Of a stretch of 44,966 nt of DNA, positions 12,208 through 24,700 are shown piece after piece. The notes beneath the pieces were generated by a model. It was given only the letters and a program-made list of their open reading frames with translations, was not told where the DNA came from and did no database searches. Each line of letters starts with the position of its first letter. The first letter of the stretch is position 1. The translations under genes and the position numbers were made by a program. Origin of the DNA: Octopus bimaculoides (taxonomy: Eukaryota); contig NC_068981.1 in assembly GCF_001194135.2 (NCBI RefSeq), forward strand, positions 6,984,922-7,029,887. Direction: 5' to 3'.

Positions 12208-13112
12208 NNNNNNNNNNNNNNNNNNNNNNNNNNNNNNNNNNNNNNNNNNNNNNNNNNNNNNNNNNNNNNNNNNNNNNNNNNNNNNNNNNNNNNNNNNNNN
12301 NNNNNNNNNNNNNNNNNNNNNNNNNNNNNNNNNNNNNNNNNNNNNNNNNNNNNNNNNNNNNNNNNNNNNNNNNNNNNNNNNNNNNNNNNNNNNNNNNNNN
12401 NNNNNNNNNNNNNNNNNNNNNNNNNNNNNNNNNNNNNNNNNNNNNNNNNNNNNNNNNNNNNNNNNNNNNNNNNNNNNNNNNNNNNNNNNNNNNNNNNNNN
12501 NNNNNNNNNNNNNNNNNNNNNNNNNNNNNNNNNNNNNNNNNNNNNNNNNNNNNNNNNNNNNNNNNNNNNNNNNNNNNNNNNNNNNNNNNNNNNNNNNNNN
12601 NNNNNNNNNNNNNNNNNNNNNNNNNNNNNNNNNNNNNNNNNNNNNNNNNNNNNNNNNNNNNNNNNNNNNNNNNNNNNNNNNNNNNNNNNNNNNNNNNNNN
12701 NNNNNNNNNNNNNNNNNNNNNNNNNNNNNNNNNNNNNNNNNNNNNNNNNNNNNNNNNNNNNNNNNNNNNNNNNNNNNNNNNNNNNNNNNNNNNNNNNNNN
12801 NNNNNNNNNNNNNNNNNNNNNNNNNNNNNNNNNNNNNNNNNNNNNNNNNNNNNNNNNNNNNNNNNNNNNNNNNNNNNNNNNNNNNNNNNNNNNNNNNNNN
12901 NNNNNNNNNNNNNNNNNNNNNNNNNNNNNNNNNNNNNNNNNNNNNNNNNNNNNNNNNNNNNNNNNNNNNNNNNNNNNNNNNNNNNNNNNNNNNNNNNNNN
13001 NNNNNNNNNNNNNNNNNNNNNNNNNNNNNNNNNNNNNNNNNNNNNNNNNNNNNNNNNNNNNNNNNNNNNNNNNNNNNNNNNNNNNNNNNNNNNNNNNNNN
13101 NNNNNNNNNNNN

Positions 13113-13167
<55 letters not shown>

Positions 13168-14153
13168 CACACGCAGTGCAATTGTGAAAACGAAGGGCTG
13201 CAGCGCGACCTGTTGTGTTATGGATCCCTAATGCCATCAATAAAGTTGTCTCACCATATTACAAAAACGGTTTGAATTTACGTTGGAGTCGACTTCCATT
13301 AGACTATTTATCTCTCCTTTTCACGCATCCAACACATATACAGACACAAAGGCACGTGTTTATGTAGGTGTTGGTGTTGGTGTTGGTGTGTGTGTGTGTG
13401 TGTGCATGTTCGGAAAAAGCAAAACCTTACAAAACGACGTGCGAATATCGCCCGCTGTTTTATGGCGGGACATTGAAAGGTCACCTGACCTTGAATCGTT
13501 ATGAAGAAAATGGTCGAAGGAAATTCAGAAACACGTTCACCACAAGACAAACAAATATATGAAGCCAAATTAAAAAAAAAAAAGATATATATGTAATAAT
13601 GATGATGATGATGATGATGATGATAATCTGGTCCGGGGGCTTTCCATAATAATGTAGAACAGGAAGAAGAAAATAGTTTGACATAATATATAGGAAAACA
13701 TAATGCTGCATTGCCAAGAAACCATAAGTAACACTGTTGCTGTGTAGGTGTGTATGTATGTGTGTGTGTGGGGGAGCGTTTTGTGTTGGTGTGTGTTTGT
13801 GTGTGTGTAGGTGTGTGTGTAGGTGTGTAGATGTTAGGGGGGCGCTTTGCGTTGTAGCTGCATTTTCGGCATTAAAAAAATATCCCATAGACTTGGTAAG
13901 TGTTTATATCGGCAGCATCTTCTTCAAATCAAATAAATGGTAAAACCAGGAAATGAACTCATAAATTAGGATAAATGTGCGTTTGTGAACGCGCGCGCAC
14001 GTTTGTTTGTGTGTCGCAAAGAACAGTTTTTATTAACAGAGAGATTGTTTCCAATTTCCAAAGAGCGACCATTTATCAAAAAAAATGCTGAGTCCGCTTC
14101 CTTTGTATCGCAGTTCATTGACATTACCAGTTACAGAGGGAGAAGGGGGGGAA

Positions 14154-14197
<44 letters not shown>

Positions 14198-14829
14198 CCG
14201 TCCGTCCGTCTATGGAAATTGTCAACCAGAAGTTGCAGAAGCAGTATCGAACATGCAGAGAAAGACGATTTTTCGTCTTCTTTGAGGTAGATAGGAAAAG
14301 AATTTCTTCACATTCTTTCTTTATTTATTTATCTCCGGAAGAATCAGGTCCAATTTTTTAATTCGAAGAAAAATCTCAACTGCTTCGAGATTCGCTAACG
14401 GCCGTTTGTAATCAGAATCTATGTCTTCGCAAATGGCAGGACTTGGCACTTTAGCCGGGCAGCCGAGAGTCACTGAAGCTAACAGTGAAGAATGCCGCAT
14501 CAGTGCTAGCGTTGGTGTTGGCAGCTGTGATAGTGGTGGTGGCGGCGGTGGAATGTTGGCTATCGGTTAATCTGATCGAAAGGAAACACTCACCCTGATG
14601 TGACACAATCGAAATATTTCTAACGTTAAAAATGCCCTTTTGCATTGTTTTATAGTTTTTTCTTTTCCTGAGATAAGCAGGATCTGATGAGATGATAGGC
14701 CACCGGCCTTGGAGCTGGCAATGTCAGGAGGAAACTCTTAAAATATGGAGATAGACAACACAGCAAGTACTTCCTTGAGCTATCGAAGACATTGGAGAGA
14801 TTGCAGAAAATATATAAGGAAAATCATGA

Positions 14830-14845
14830 CATCTCTATCCACCCC

Positions 14846-14883
<38 letters not shown>

Positions 14884-14940
14884 CACCCCTCTATCTATCC
14901 ACCCCTCTATCTATCCACTCCATCCATCCATCCATCTATG
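14830..14940 (+). repeat. (ATCT)n/(ATCC)n tetranucleotide tract with repeated ATCCACCCCTCT interruptions
   Basis: Directly visible. Confidence 0.9.
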
Positions 14941-15037
14941 TGAGTATTGACCGTATACTATGTTTTTCTTCTTGTATTCTAAGATCAATAACAAGAAGCC
15001 ATTAACATCATCATCATCATCATCAGGTATCATTTTT

Positions 15038-15130
15038 AAGGAATGTGGACGAGCAGAATTGTCAGAGCGTCGGCGAAAAATGCTTTGAGTATTTATTCCG
15101 GCTCTATACATTCTGCGTTGAAATCTGACC
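15038..15130 (+). mobile_element. SINE family B head, decayed
   Basis: GAGCAGAATTGTCAGAGCGTCGGCGAAAAATGCTTTGAGTATTT resembles GGCAGAATCGTTAGCACGCCGGGCGAAATGCTTAGCGGTATTT at about 35340. Confidence 0.6.
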
Positions 15131-15231
15131 ACCCTGACGGTGTTTATATTGCTGGACTCGTTGGTAACGACTAAACCTTCACCCACCAAACTGCTGGCCC
15201 AGTGCTAAAATTAGAAATTATTATTGGTATT

Positions 15232-15515
15232 CTTAAGTTCCGAGTTCAATTCCGCCGAGGTCGACTTTGCCTTTTATCCTTTCGGGTTCGATAAATTAAA
15301 TACCAGTTACCCACTGGTTCAATGTAATCGACTGCTCCATTCCCCCAAAATTTCAGGCCTGTGTTTACGCTCTGAGTTCAAATTCCGCCGGCTTTTCATC
15401 CTTTCGAGGTCGTCGAAAACATACGAGCTAGCTGAGCACCGGGGGGGGGGAGGTTAATGTAATTGATCCCCCTCTCCCCTAAAAATTTCTGACCAACAGT
15501 AGAAAGGATAATTAT
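15232..15515 (+). mobile_element. Two tandem SINE family B bodies
   Basis: GAGTTCAA(A)TTCCGCCG...TTT(T/C)ATCCTTTCG.G.TCG occurs at about 15242 and again at about 15373, each followed by a CCCC.AAAATTTC tail. Confidence 0.8.
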
Positions 15516-16084
15516 TGTTTTTTTTTTTCCATTTTGTTTTATTATTTCAATTAGGACACCAAGCGAAATAACGGTTCCATGCTCCAATGGCAGAAAACCT
15601 TAAAGAACGGAATCTATGAAGACTACTTATTAATTTGAATCAGGTAAAATGGAAGCCAAAAACGTCACACAGACGAGATGTGAAGTCCGGCAACCAATGA
15701 GAGANNNNNNNNNNNNNNNNNNNNNNNNNNNNNNNNNGCTCAACTATAAAATCAAAACGATGGCGCCGCTCAGTGGACATTAACCCATTCGTGCCGAGAT
15801 TTTTTTTGGTGAACGAAATTACCTGAACATTCACAGATACTATTATTTTGACCTAAATAACAGCTGAAAAAAAATTTCATTGAAATCTGTTTGATACAGA
15901 CTGCATACGCGTTAAGAACATGTTTCATTCTTTGATACAGATCATACACAAATCACAACTTGTATCAAGTATTTGTTTTATACCCTCATAAATTGTCAGT
16001 TTAAACAGACGATCAGCATGACTGGGTTAATAAACGATCAGCATAAAGATCTACTTTCACTATTGAATACATCGGTTTTATAAC

Positions 16085-16272
16085 TCGGGCCTGATAAAAT
16101 GATATACCAGTGAAATACTGGGGTTGATGGTGTTGACTACTCTCCTTCCCTCTAATTAAAAAATTATTATTATTATTATTATTATTGGGGTGGTTAGTGG
16201 CAGAAACATTAGAGTAATGGATTAAATGTGTTGCGTTAATTAGTTACGTCTCTTTTATCTTCTGAGCTCAAA
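16085..16272 (+). mobile_element. SINE family B tail fragment followed by a decayed family B head
   Basis: GATAAAATGATATACCAG..TACTGGGGTTGATG tail; GTGGCAGAAACATTAGAG head running to CTGAGCTCAAA at the gap. Confidence 0.5.
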
Positions 16273-16674
16273 NNNNNNNNNNCTCACGGGGCCGACAACA
16301 TAAATAGCAACAAAGTAGAAAAGGTTATGTCCCTGTACTTCGCGTAGAAGCCCAAAGAAAGGGAACTGAAAACCAAAGTTGATAGATTACGTTTATTTTC
16401 ATTTAACGTCAAAGTTATTCTCTCTCACTCTCCCTCTCTCCCCTTCCTTCTCCCCTCTGTCTCTCTTATTATTATTATTATTATTATTATTGGAAATATC
16501 TCATGTTTACTCTCCGGTAACAACATTGGCAGCAAAACATGTCAGAAAAATTAAGACTTCGTTCTTCAAAAGCTTCGCTGCAACATTCCTACGGAATATC
16601 ACGGAAAGCACCACCTCTTCCTCCTCCTACTATAACAGCCGTCTTCACCACCACCACCACCATTATTATTATTA

Positions 16675-16710
<36 letters not shown>

Positions 16711-17069
16711 TTTTTGTATTTTTGTAAATATTTACTCGTGCATAATCTACAGAATTATATAATTTAATTATCTTTCCCTTCGTTTCCATTTACACACTAA
16801 CGACTACAACAACATCAACAACAACAGCAGCGACGATGTTTATAGAAACGCAGACATTCTGTGTGCGGTTTGTTTTGACCAGAATAATTGTGTTAAGTGA
16901 TTCCCCGTAGTCGTAGGTGTGTCCTCTGCACCCCGGCTACACACATGCAGGATATTTACGACTCCTCCATGTTTGAATTCTTCAGCAAAAATATCTCCTG
17001 TCACGTGACACATCCCTGCTATTTACCAACCCAAATAATGTGAAGGTATTTAGTTGGTGAATAGTTGAA

Positions 17070-17089
17070 CACGCACACACACACACACA

Positions 17090-17170
<81 letters not shown>

Positions 17171-17185
17171 GCATACACGCGCACA
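17070..17185 (+). repeat. (CA)n microsatellite
   Basis: Directly visible. Confidence 0.95.
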
Positions 17186-17359
17186 AATTCAACACCGCTC
17201 GCTTCAATACCAGTGCTTTCCTTTACAGCAGTTTAAAATAATTTTTGAAGCACAGTGTGTACTGTTCTGAAAAGAAACAGAAGTTAAACCAGCAGAGAAC
17301 AAAAACTATTTGCGGTGCAATAAATATGTACAAACTACTTGTACAATGTTGTGATATTA

Positions 17360-18590
17360 TGAGAGTTGTATGGAAAATTAGGCAGCCGTGGACATAACTG
17401 ATGTAACTTTTATATTTATTGACAGAAGTCGTTAAATTTTCACGTCAGTAGAGTAATTTTTTTTCCAGTTTTTATTGTAGGCAAATAATGTTTGTCATGC
17501 AGAAGCAATGTTCGATATTGATGAAGAGGGAGTCTAGGCTGTCCAATATTCAAAGAAGGTTACGGGTAGTTTGAAGGGATGACACCACTGACGAAAACAA
17601 TATGCATAGAGGAAAAACTTTCTTTTTAAAAAAGGAGAAACGCAGTATTGAAGACAAACTATGCAGAATTGGACCTTTAACTACGACCAGTGAAACGAAA
17701 CGCCCTTGACTGGACGAACCGATATGCACGGACAGATGAGTCGTAATTCGTGAGCTTACTGTCAACGAGTGCTTACAGAAGATGGTGAAAGACTGAGTGG
17801 TATTAAGTGTGTGCAAAGAAGGTGCATCGGCAGATGGCACCTGATTTGAAGGAGAAAAGAGTGGAATTCTCTTTTGATTTGCTAGAGGCGTTTGAAGGCG
17901 TTTTATTATTTTTTGATCTGGTGATAGGGGAGAATGGCATGTGTACGTTTATGATGGCCCAGTCGATGAAAATATGTCACACCTCCCGTCCTAAGAAGTT
18001 CAAGGGCCGATGATGGCACAGGAAATGATGGTTAGTGCTTTGGAATATCACAAGGGCGTCGTTTTCCTTGACTTTCTGGAATGTGACTTTATAAGCGGTA
18101 CATTGAGATACTCGGCAAACGTATAAAATCCACCCTGAAGAAGACGCCGAACAGAAATCTGCAAACAATCCACATTGACCCTGACAATGCGCCACCACAA
18201 AGGTCTTTGGTAACAAAACGGGTAATCAGGAAATTGGATTGACCCCCTGATCCACTTTCCATCGTACAGCCCGAATCGGACATTCTCTAACTTTCCCATA
18301 TCCGGCCCAAATGAAGGATAGTCTTCGGAGACAACGATTTGATGATAAAGACGAGGTGAAAATGATTGAAGAAATGGTTACAAAAGAGAAAACGGTAAAT
18401 TCTTCAAAGAGGATTCGAGAGTTGAGTTCATCGATAGCGGAGATCGAACGCTTGTGATGGAGATTAGGTTCAGTCACTGTTCATTTGTATGTAGAAAGAG
18501 TCATCTGATAGAATCATTTGAACGAGTCATTTGAACCAGCTAATCTTAAACGTCTGCATTATGTTTCGTTCAATAAATATTGTGGCAAAA
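17360..18590 (+). mobile_element. Decayed mariner DNA transposon, nearly full length
   Basis: Left end TA|TGAGAGTTGTATGGAAAA. Subterminal ATATTTATTGA at 17412-17422 is inverted at 18570-18580. Encloses a transposase pseudogene. The outer right TIR is not recognisable. Confidence 0.8.
17497..18473 (+). pseudogene. Mariner (DD34D-type) transposase pseudogene
   Basis: Motifs in the expected order across stops and frameshifts: NIQRRLRVV/SIEDK (HTH region), VCAKKVHRQMAPDLKEKRVE (WVPREL-like), VIG(D)EW.VYVYD, RPKKFK, GVVFLDFLE, PDNAPPQ (HDNARPH), PSYSPN...SNF (YSPDLAPSDF), MKDSLRRQRFDDKDEVK, GD*VQ (GDYVE). Confidence 0.88.
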
Positions 18591-19704
18591 CATCATATGC
18601 AAAAATCGTCGGTCGAAAGATGGTAAAATAAAACAGATGAAGCAATGAGTCGGTCTCTATTAGGACACTTGATACGCTAGAAATAGCAGCGAAAATTTAC
18701 TTCAACTAACCTAAACAAAGACAGGAAGGATACACAAGATGTGATTCTATATATAAAGTTCTTCGTGTACATCAAGAATGCTGGGGTTAAACAACACAAC
18801 CCAAGACTTGCTCCTGAAGAGAGTGGCTTTTAATCCGTCTTTGGACAAACACAGGTTCCTCTGCTATGGTATAAAGTCAGCGTAGAAGTGTTAAGACATG
18901 TCTCTCGTCGCCATTACTGCTAACAATTAGAGAAATATGTAACAGAAAATATAGAATTCCAGAGGGGGAAACGAGGGTGGCAGAGAGAGAGAGACAGACA
19001 GACAGAGAGAAAGAGATAGAGAGAGAGAGAGAGGTAAACATTAAACACAAAAGAAGAGAGATGAAATATTTGACATAGATATATCAATATAAATATTAGA
19101 GTTTCTTATAACGATCGTTCTTGAATATCCTCCAGCTAAGGAATATTGATCGTCAGAGAAGTTCTTGCTTCTGTTGTTCTTGTTGTAGTAGTAGTAGTAA
19201 TAGTAGTAGTAGACTTCATTGTTCTGAGTAAATAATATATACACTATATATTTTGTCATCACCACCAGCCACACCTACCTCACCATATCCTCTCATCCAC
19301 CTCTGTCTCTAACAAATATACACAAATATACAGACAACCGCATACACATACGTCCATGTACAGTTACACAACCCGACCTCATTATTATTATTATTATTAT
19401 TATCATTATTATTATCATTATTATTATTATCATCATTATTATTATTTATTGTTGTTGTTGTCTTTTGTTTCGGCGTTGTTCTCTCTCACCGTCATCGCCT
19501 GTGTCATAATTAACAACTAATTATCAATCACAAACGACATTCTCTTGCACTTTTATCAACCACCATGGAACACCTGACACCGAATCCGTGTGCCAGTCAC
19601 GCCGTGGAACACGTGACCACACCGTTGTCAGACATGCGCTCTTTCTTCGACTTAACACCATCAAGTCTGACTAAGTCGTCGTACGTTTGTTTTTCACTTC
19701 TTAC

Positions 19705-19772
19705 CTGTTCCCGCCAAATAAATCTCACCAGCCAACCAACCATTGCAATGTGTCACCGTTCCAGCGGCCATG
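19705..19772 (-). other. Candidate 68-nt exon (speculative)
   Basis: Minus-strand TTAACACAG acceptor and a strong CAG|GTAAGA donor; single open frame MAAGTVTHCNGWLAGEIYLAGT. Confidence 0.18.
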
Positions 19773-20025
19773 CTGTGTTAATAGCAAAGACTTGGGTTGA
19801 GAGAAAGACAAAAGCCAGTCTCTATCGCTCTGCTGTTAAACACAGTACGTGGATAATTAGCGAGAAATTAATCAAGTTATTAACATATATAATTATATTT
19901 CTTTTGTCTTCTGCTTTTGAAACGACGTCCATGAGAAACACCAGTTGACAAGAAAATACATTCTAAGAATAAAAAAGGAAAATTGAATGAACAAGAAAAA
20001 TATGGCCTCCCAAACCTGTTGGAAA

Positions 20026-20080
<55 letters not shown>

Positions 20081-20169
20081 TTATGAGTGAGCGGGAAGGC
20101 ATGACGTCTTTATTTAGATATAAATTATTTTTAGACGATAGTGTAATTGTCTTATTTATAAAACTGTGG

Positions 20170-20332
20170 AGAGAGACACTGAGAGAGACGGACAGAAAGA
20201 GAGAGAGAAAAAAAGAGAGAGAGAAAGAGAGAGAGAGAAAGAAAGAGAGAGAGAGAAAGAGAGAGAGAAAGAAAGAGAGAAAGAGAGAAAGAGAGAAAGA
20301 GAGAGAGAGAGAACGAAAGAAAGGAGAGAGAA

Positions 20333-20363
<31 letters not shown>

Positions 20364-20388
20364 AAGAGAGAGAGAGAAACACAGACAG

Positions 20389-20428
<40 letters not shown>

Positions 20429-20445
20429 AGAGAGAGAAACCGGAA
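20170..20445 (+). repeat. (GA/GAAA)n polypurine tract
   Basis: Directly visible. Confidence 0.95.
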
Positions 20446-20577
20446 AGATGGACAAAGTAAAATAGGAGAGAGCTGTAGCAAGAACGTTTGTAGAGTTAAA
20501 TATTTCTGGAAGAAATTAAGAGAGGAAGATATCGTTAGGGGAGCGAAGGAGAGATATTAGAAGTCTTTTGCTATCTT

Positions 20578-21300
20578 GCACACACACACATACATATATA
20601 TATACATTGATATACGTATGTACACATACACACACACACACTAACACACGTATATATACATACATATACATTCATATACGTATATACATATACATATATA
20701 TACACACATGCATTTATATATACATACATATACATTCATATACGTATATACGCATTCATATATACACACACACATACATACATACATATACATCCATATA
20801 AGTATATACACATACATACACACACACATATACTTACATACATACACATATGTATACAAATATAAATATATATATACATACATATATATACATATAGATA
20901 TATATGTACACAAATATACATATACATACACATATATATATATATATATATACATGTATATATGCACATATACATATACATATACATACATGTATATATA
21001 AATATATATGTACACATACATATATATATGCATGCACATATATACATATATATACATACACGTATATATTCACATATATACATACATATACATACATATA
21101 CATATACACACACATATACGTACATATATATACACACATATATATATACACACATACATATATATGCACACACACTCATATACATACATACACATATCTA
21201 TACACACACACACACACACACACACATACATATATATATATACACACACACATATACATATATATACATACATATATATGTATGTATGTATCATATATAC
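20578..21300 (+). repeat. Long degenerate (TA/CA/TACA)n tract of about 720 bp
   Basis: Alternating purine-pyrimidine sequence; source of the YI, HT and CV pseudo-ORFs. Confidence 0.95.
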
Positions 21301-22289
21301 AAGTGAACAGTGATGAGGGATTACAGTATTATGGTGAATCTTCATTTGTAAAATTTACACTTGGCAATTAGTAAAAGTATTTGTACACACACACACACAC
21401 ACACACACTTATGGTTGCGCGCGCGTGTCAGTGTTTATGTGTAAACATTTTCGCCTGTTTATTTACATATGTGTAAATATTTACTTCGTATGTTAAAAAT
21501 AAAACTTGCTTTATTGAAACAAATATACATTTATGTATAAAATTTGGCCCATTTTCCACCCTTTTCCTATGATATATTCCTATATATATATATATACATA
21601 CGTATGTGTGTCAATTTTAACTCGTACAAAAAAAGGCCCCGGCTTCAAATGAGTAAAAAGGCACGAAAATATTTGCCCCTTTCGTTTCCAACAAATGTTA
21701 TAAGGGATCCGAGAGAAGTAGCGCCAGTTCGAAATCGATACTCTGACATAGAATTGGGATGACTGGCGAAAAGCTGTTCTTTAATTCTATAAAAGTCACC
21801 AGCAAGATTATCATGAAGCAACAAAATGTTTAATGTTTAGGAAAATCTACATTAAATGTTTCAGCTGTTGTCATTGAAGTAATAATGTTGGTCGGAGTTC
21901 GAGGAAAACACATAGAAAGGGGTCAGATGGAGCGGTTATCACCAGGAGATATACTGTGAAGGAATGACGGAAAGAGACAGGGGCAAGGGCAGGTGCGGGA
22001 GGGGTAATATAGGAATTCAGAGATATTGGATAGATTAGGGATTAAGAGAGAATAAGGGACAGGGGGGAGGAAGGGGGGGGGGAAGATATATGCAAATGAC
22101 GAAGCAAATATGTTAACGAATAAAATGAAAGAATGTAAAAGGAAATTCGTAAAAGGATTTGTTTGTTTCCTTTTATCAAAAATGAGCCTGGAAAAATTCA
22201 CTCTTATAATAGAGTGTAAATACACACACACACACACACACATATATGTCGTCCCACTCATCCCTGAAATCTGTCTTGCTCTGTATACA

Positions 22290-22415
22290 TGTTTGTGTAT
22301 ATGTATACACACACACATAAACATATATATATATGCATCTATTTATGTGTACATACATGTATAAGTATATGTGTACATATATGTGTGTGTCTGTAAAATT
22401 ATATCTGTGTATGTA

Positions 22416-22455
<40 letters not shown>

Positions 22456-22529
22456 TAGATAGATAGATAGATATTCATACACGCACATAGATACAACTAT
22501 TTATCTACTTATATATTAAACTTTCCATT

Positions 22530-22562
<33 letters not shown>

Positions 22563-22714
22563 GATACACACACATACATACATATTTATATTCACATACA
22601 TACACAGATATAATTCTACAGACACACACATATACTTATACATGTATATACACATAAATAGATGCGTATATATACGTTTATGTATGTGTGTATATATATA
22701 TATATACACATATG

Positions 22715-22745
<31 letters not shown>

Positions 22746-22782
22746 GTATATATATCTGTGTGTGTGTGTACACACAAAGACA

Positions 22783-22815
<33 letters not shown>

Positions 22816-22950
22816 CACATAATATGTACACATATACATACATACACACGTATATATATATATATATATATATATGTGCGTGTGTGTGTACACACACAAA
22901 GACTATATATATATATATATACACATGCAATGCGTACACTACTCACGCGC
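22290..22950 (+). repeat. Compound (TA/TG/CA/TAGA)n tract with an internal higher-order duplication
   Basis: Directly visible; GTGTGTGTACACAC(AC)AAAGAC(A/T)ATATAT occurs twice (about 22761 and 22881). Confidence 0.9.
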
Positions 22951-23639
22951 GCATAATGTACGTACACGGAATAGTTGTAGAGGTAAAGTGTGAAGAAAGA
23001 AAAATGTGAAATAAGGTTGAAAGAGAGAATATTAAGAAAGAAGAGATGGAAGAAAGACGGGGAAGATGGATTTGCAATTCGTCTTGGAGAATTGCTGATG
23101 GAAAAGATATTGGAATCCAGAAAGGCGTGATGATAGGTCTAATGAAGGATGTTCTTATGAAACAGAGAAATCAACAAAATATACAGCATAAATCCAGATG
23201 TAGAGATTAGAGCAATATACTTATATAAAGACACACACACACACGGATTCATAAGCACACACACACACACGGATTCATAAGCACACACAAGCACACACAC
23301 ACACACATATATATACATACAAATGCACGCACCGCATTGAGGCACACACATACATCAATCTTTCTCTCTTGAGATATTTTCCGGCTTATCGACATTAATA
23401 AAAACCCGTATTATAGATACACACACACACAAACACAGGCATACACTCACACACCCTTATATATAACAATACATATTTACGTGTGTGTGTGTGTGTGTGT
23501 GTGTGTGCACGTGAAAGTACGTGTGTACATTGATGTCAACACTTATAACACCATTTTCAATGTCTTATATTTTCCCCATTACATAAATTGATGTTTGCAT
23601 CAAGAAGTATTTTGATCCACGCTTGGAGAAGAGATTTTT

Positions 23640-24450
23640 ATCTCAAAGAAACGCATCTCGAATAAGTTTCCTTGTTGCGAAGTTCGTTTATATGTTGGCA
23701 AAAACCCATACATTTATATTAATAACATCTTTATTAATAGTTTATTGCTAGAGAACATCAATTTGGAAGTTGGAGTGAACCGATACTCTAAGTTACGTCG
23801 ACCTGAGATAGAAGCCGACGCTATGCTACACCTCTACTTATTAAATATACAGTGAAGGCAGATGACGAATGCCGAGGTAGCCTGACACATCATAGGTTCG
23901 AGCGAAGTCTACACAGACATCGAGCTTCTGGTCATTTTTAAGGATCACGTAGCTATCATAAGGTTATAACCGACTGTGCGAGAAGGAAAGAGACCAATCA
24001 GATTGGTGGTGCAGAATAGACGGCCCAATTGATGCACGTAGAGTATTAATGGTCACATGGGGGCCTTTTGCCGAGAAGAAAAATGTTAAAGAGGGTGCTA
24101 GACAACAGCAGGCTCATACGGTACGGACGATTAATGCTGCCGATAATACTTCCGTAGCAGCACAGGACCCAGCTCCAAGGATAACATAGGCAGAAGCGGA
24201 CATCAATGAAATCACTTCAACTTTGGCGCCATTGGTACTAAAGGCCAGTGCAAAGAGGACTGAAAAGCCAAGAGACAATCTTCTGGCACAGAATTGGATC
24301 GTAGGCCCCGAGTGGGTGTTCCATCATATGATCTTGAGGTGATGGGCAGATGTAAGAGCCGAAAGTTGAAGGTGAGAAACGCCTGAGATAGCAGGAAAGA
24401 AAATTAAAAAAGCCCTTTTTTAAGCTTCGATGAAGCTCTAGTGTGATACA
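23640..24450 (-). mobile_element. Possible highly decayed LINE (CR1/L2/Jockey-like endonuclease-to-RT linker)
   Basis: Repeat-free block, GC-richer than its flanks. Minus-strand fragments HPLGAYDPIL (PLGxSDH-like), YPW, SCAATEVLS and KLIRDAFL..KNLFSKRGSKYF loosely follow APE-LINE order, but the similarity is weak. Confidence 0.3.
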
Positions 24451-24544
24451 CAAGTAATCAACTATGGGTGCATTGCATCTGATGGCAGAAACAGCTGTAA
24501 GCTAATTCCTTTGTCATTTATTGAGTTTCCTATTATTAAGCAAA

Positions 24545-24700
24545 ATGCTTTATGTTCCGAGTGTATGTTCTGCCGAAATCGACTTTGCTTTTCGGGGTCA
24601 ATGAAATAAGAACCAGTTGTGCATTGGGGTCCATGTAATCGACTACACTCATCCCTAAAATTTCAAGCTTTGCACTTTTAGAAGAAAGGGTTAGCATTAC
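24545..24700 (+). mobile_element. SINE family B body and tail, decayed
   Basis: TTCTGCCGAAATCGACTTTGCTTTTCGGGGTCAATGAAATAAGAACCAGTTG...GTAATCGACT...AAAATTTCA matches 35400-35560. Confidence 0.75.

Noticed and set aside
4500-13275. Long ORFs of 200-418 aa in the supplied track, here and at 26532-28049, 32938-33731 and 39636-40644
   Set aside because: They are open only because they read through N gaps and dinucleotide repeats.
13858-13901. Plus-strand micro-exon candidate (TTGTAG acceptor, TTG|GTAAGT donor); also CAG|GTAAGA near 620
   Set aside because: Isolated signals with no partner exons or recognisable peptide; expected at this frequency in 45 kb.
15780-15915. TTAA-flanked 135-bp segment resembling a piggyBac MITE
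   Set aside because: The ends are not complementary beyond TTAAC.
20568-23009. Dense cluster of overlapping YI, HT and CV repeat ORFs
   Set aside because: Translation of alternating purine-pyrimidine microsatellites.
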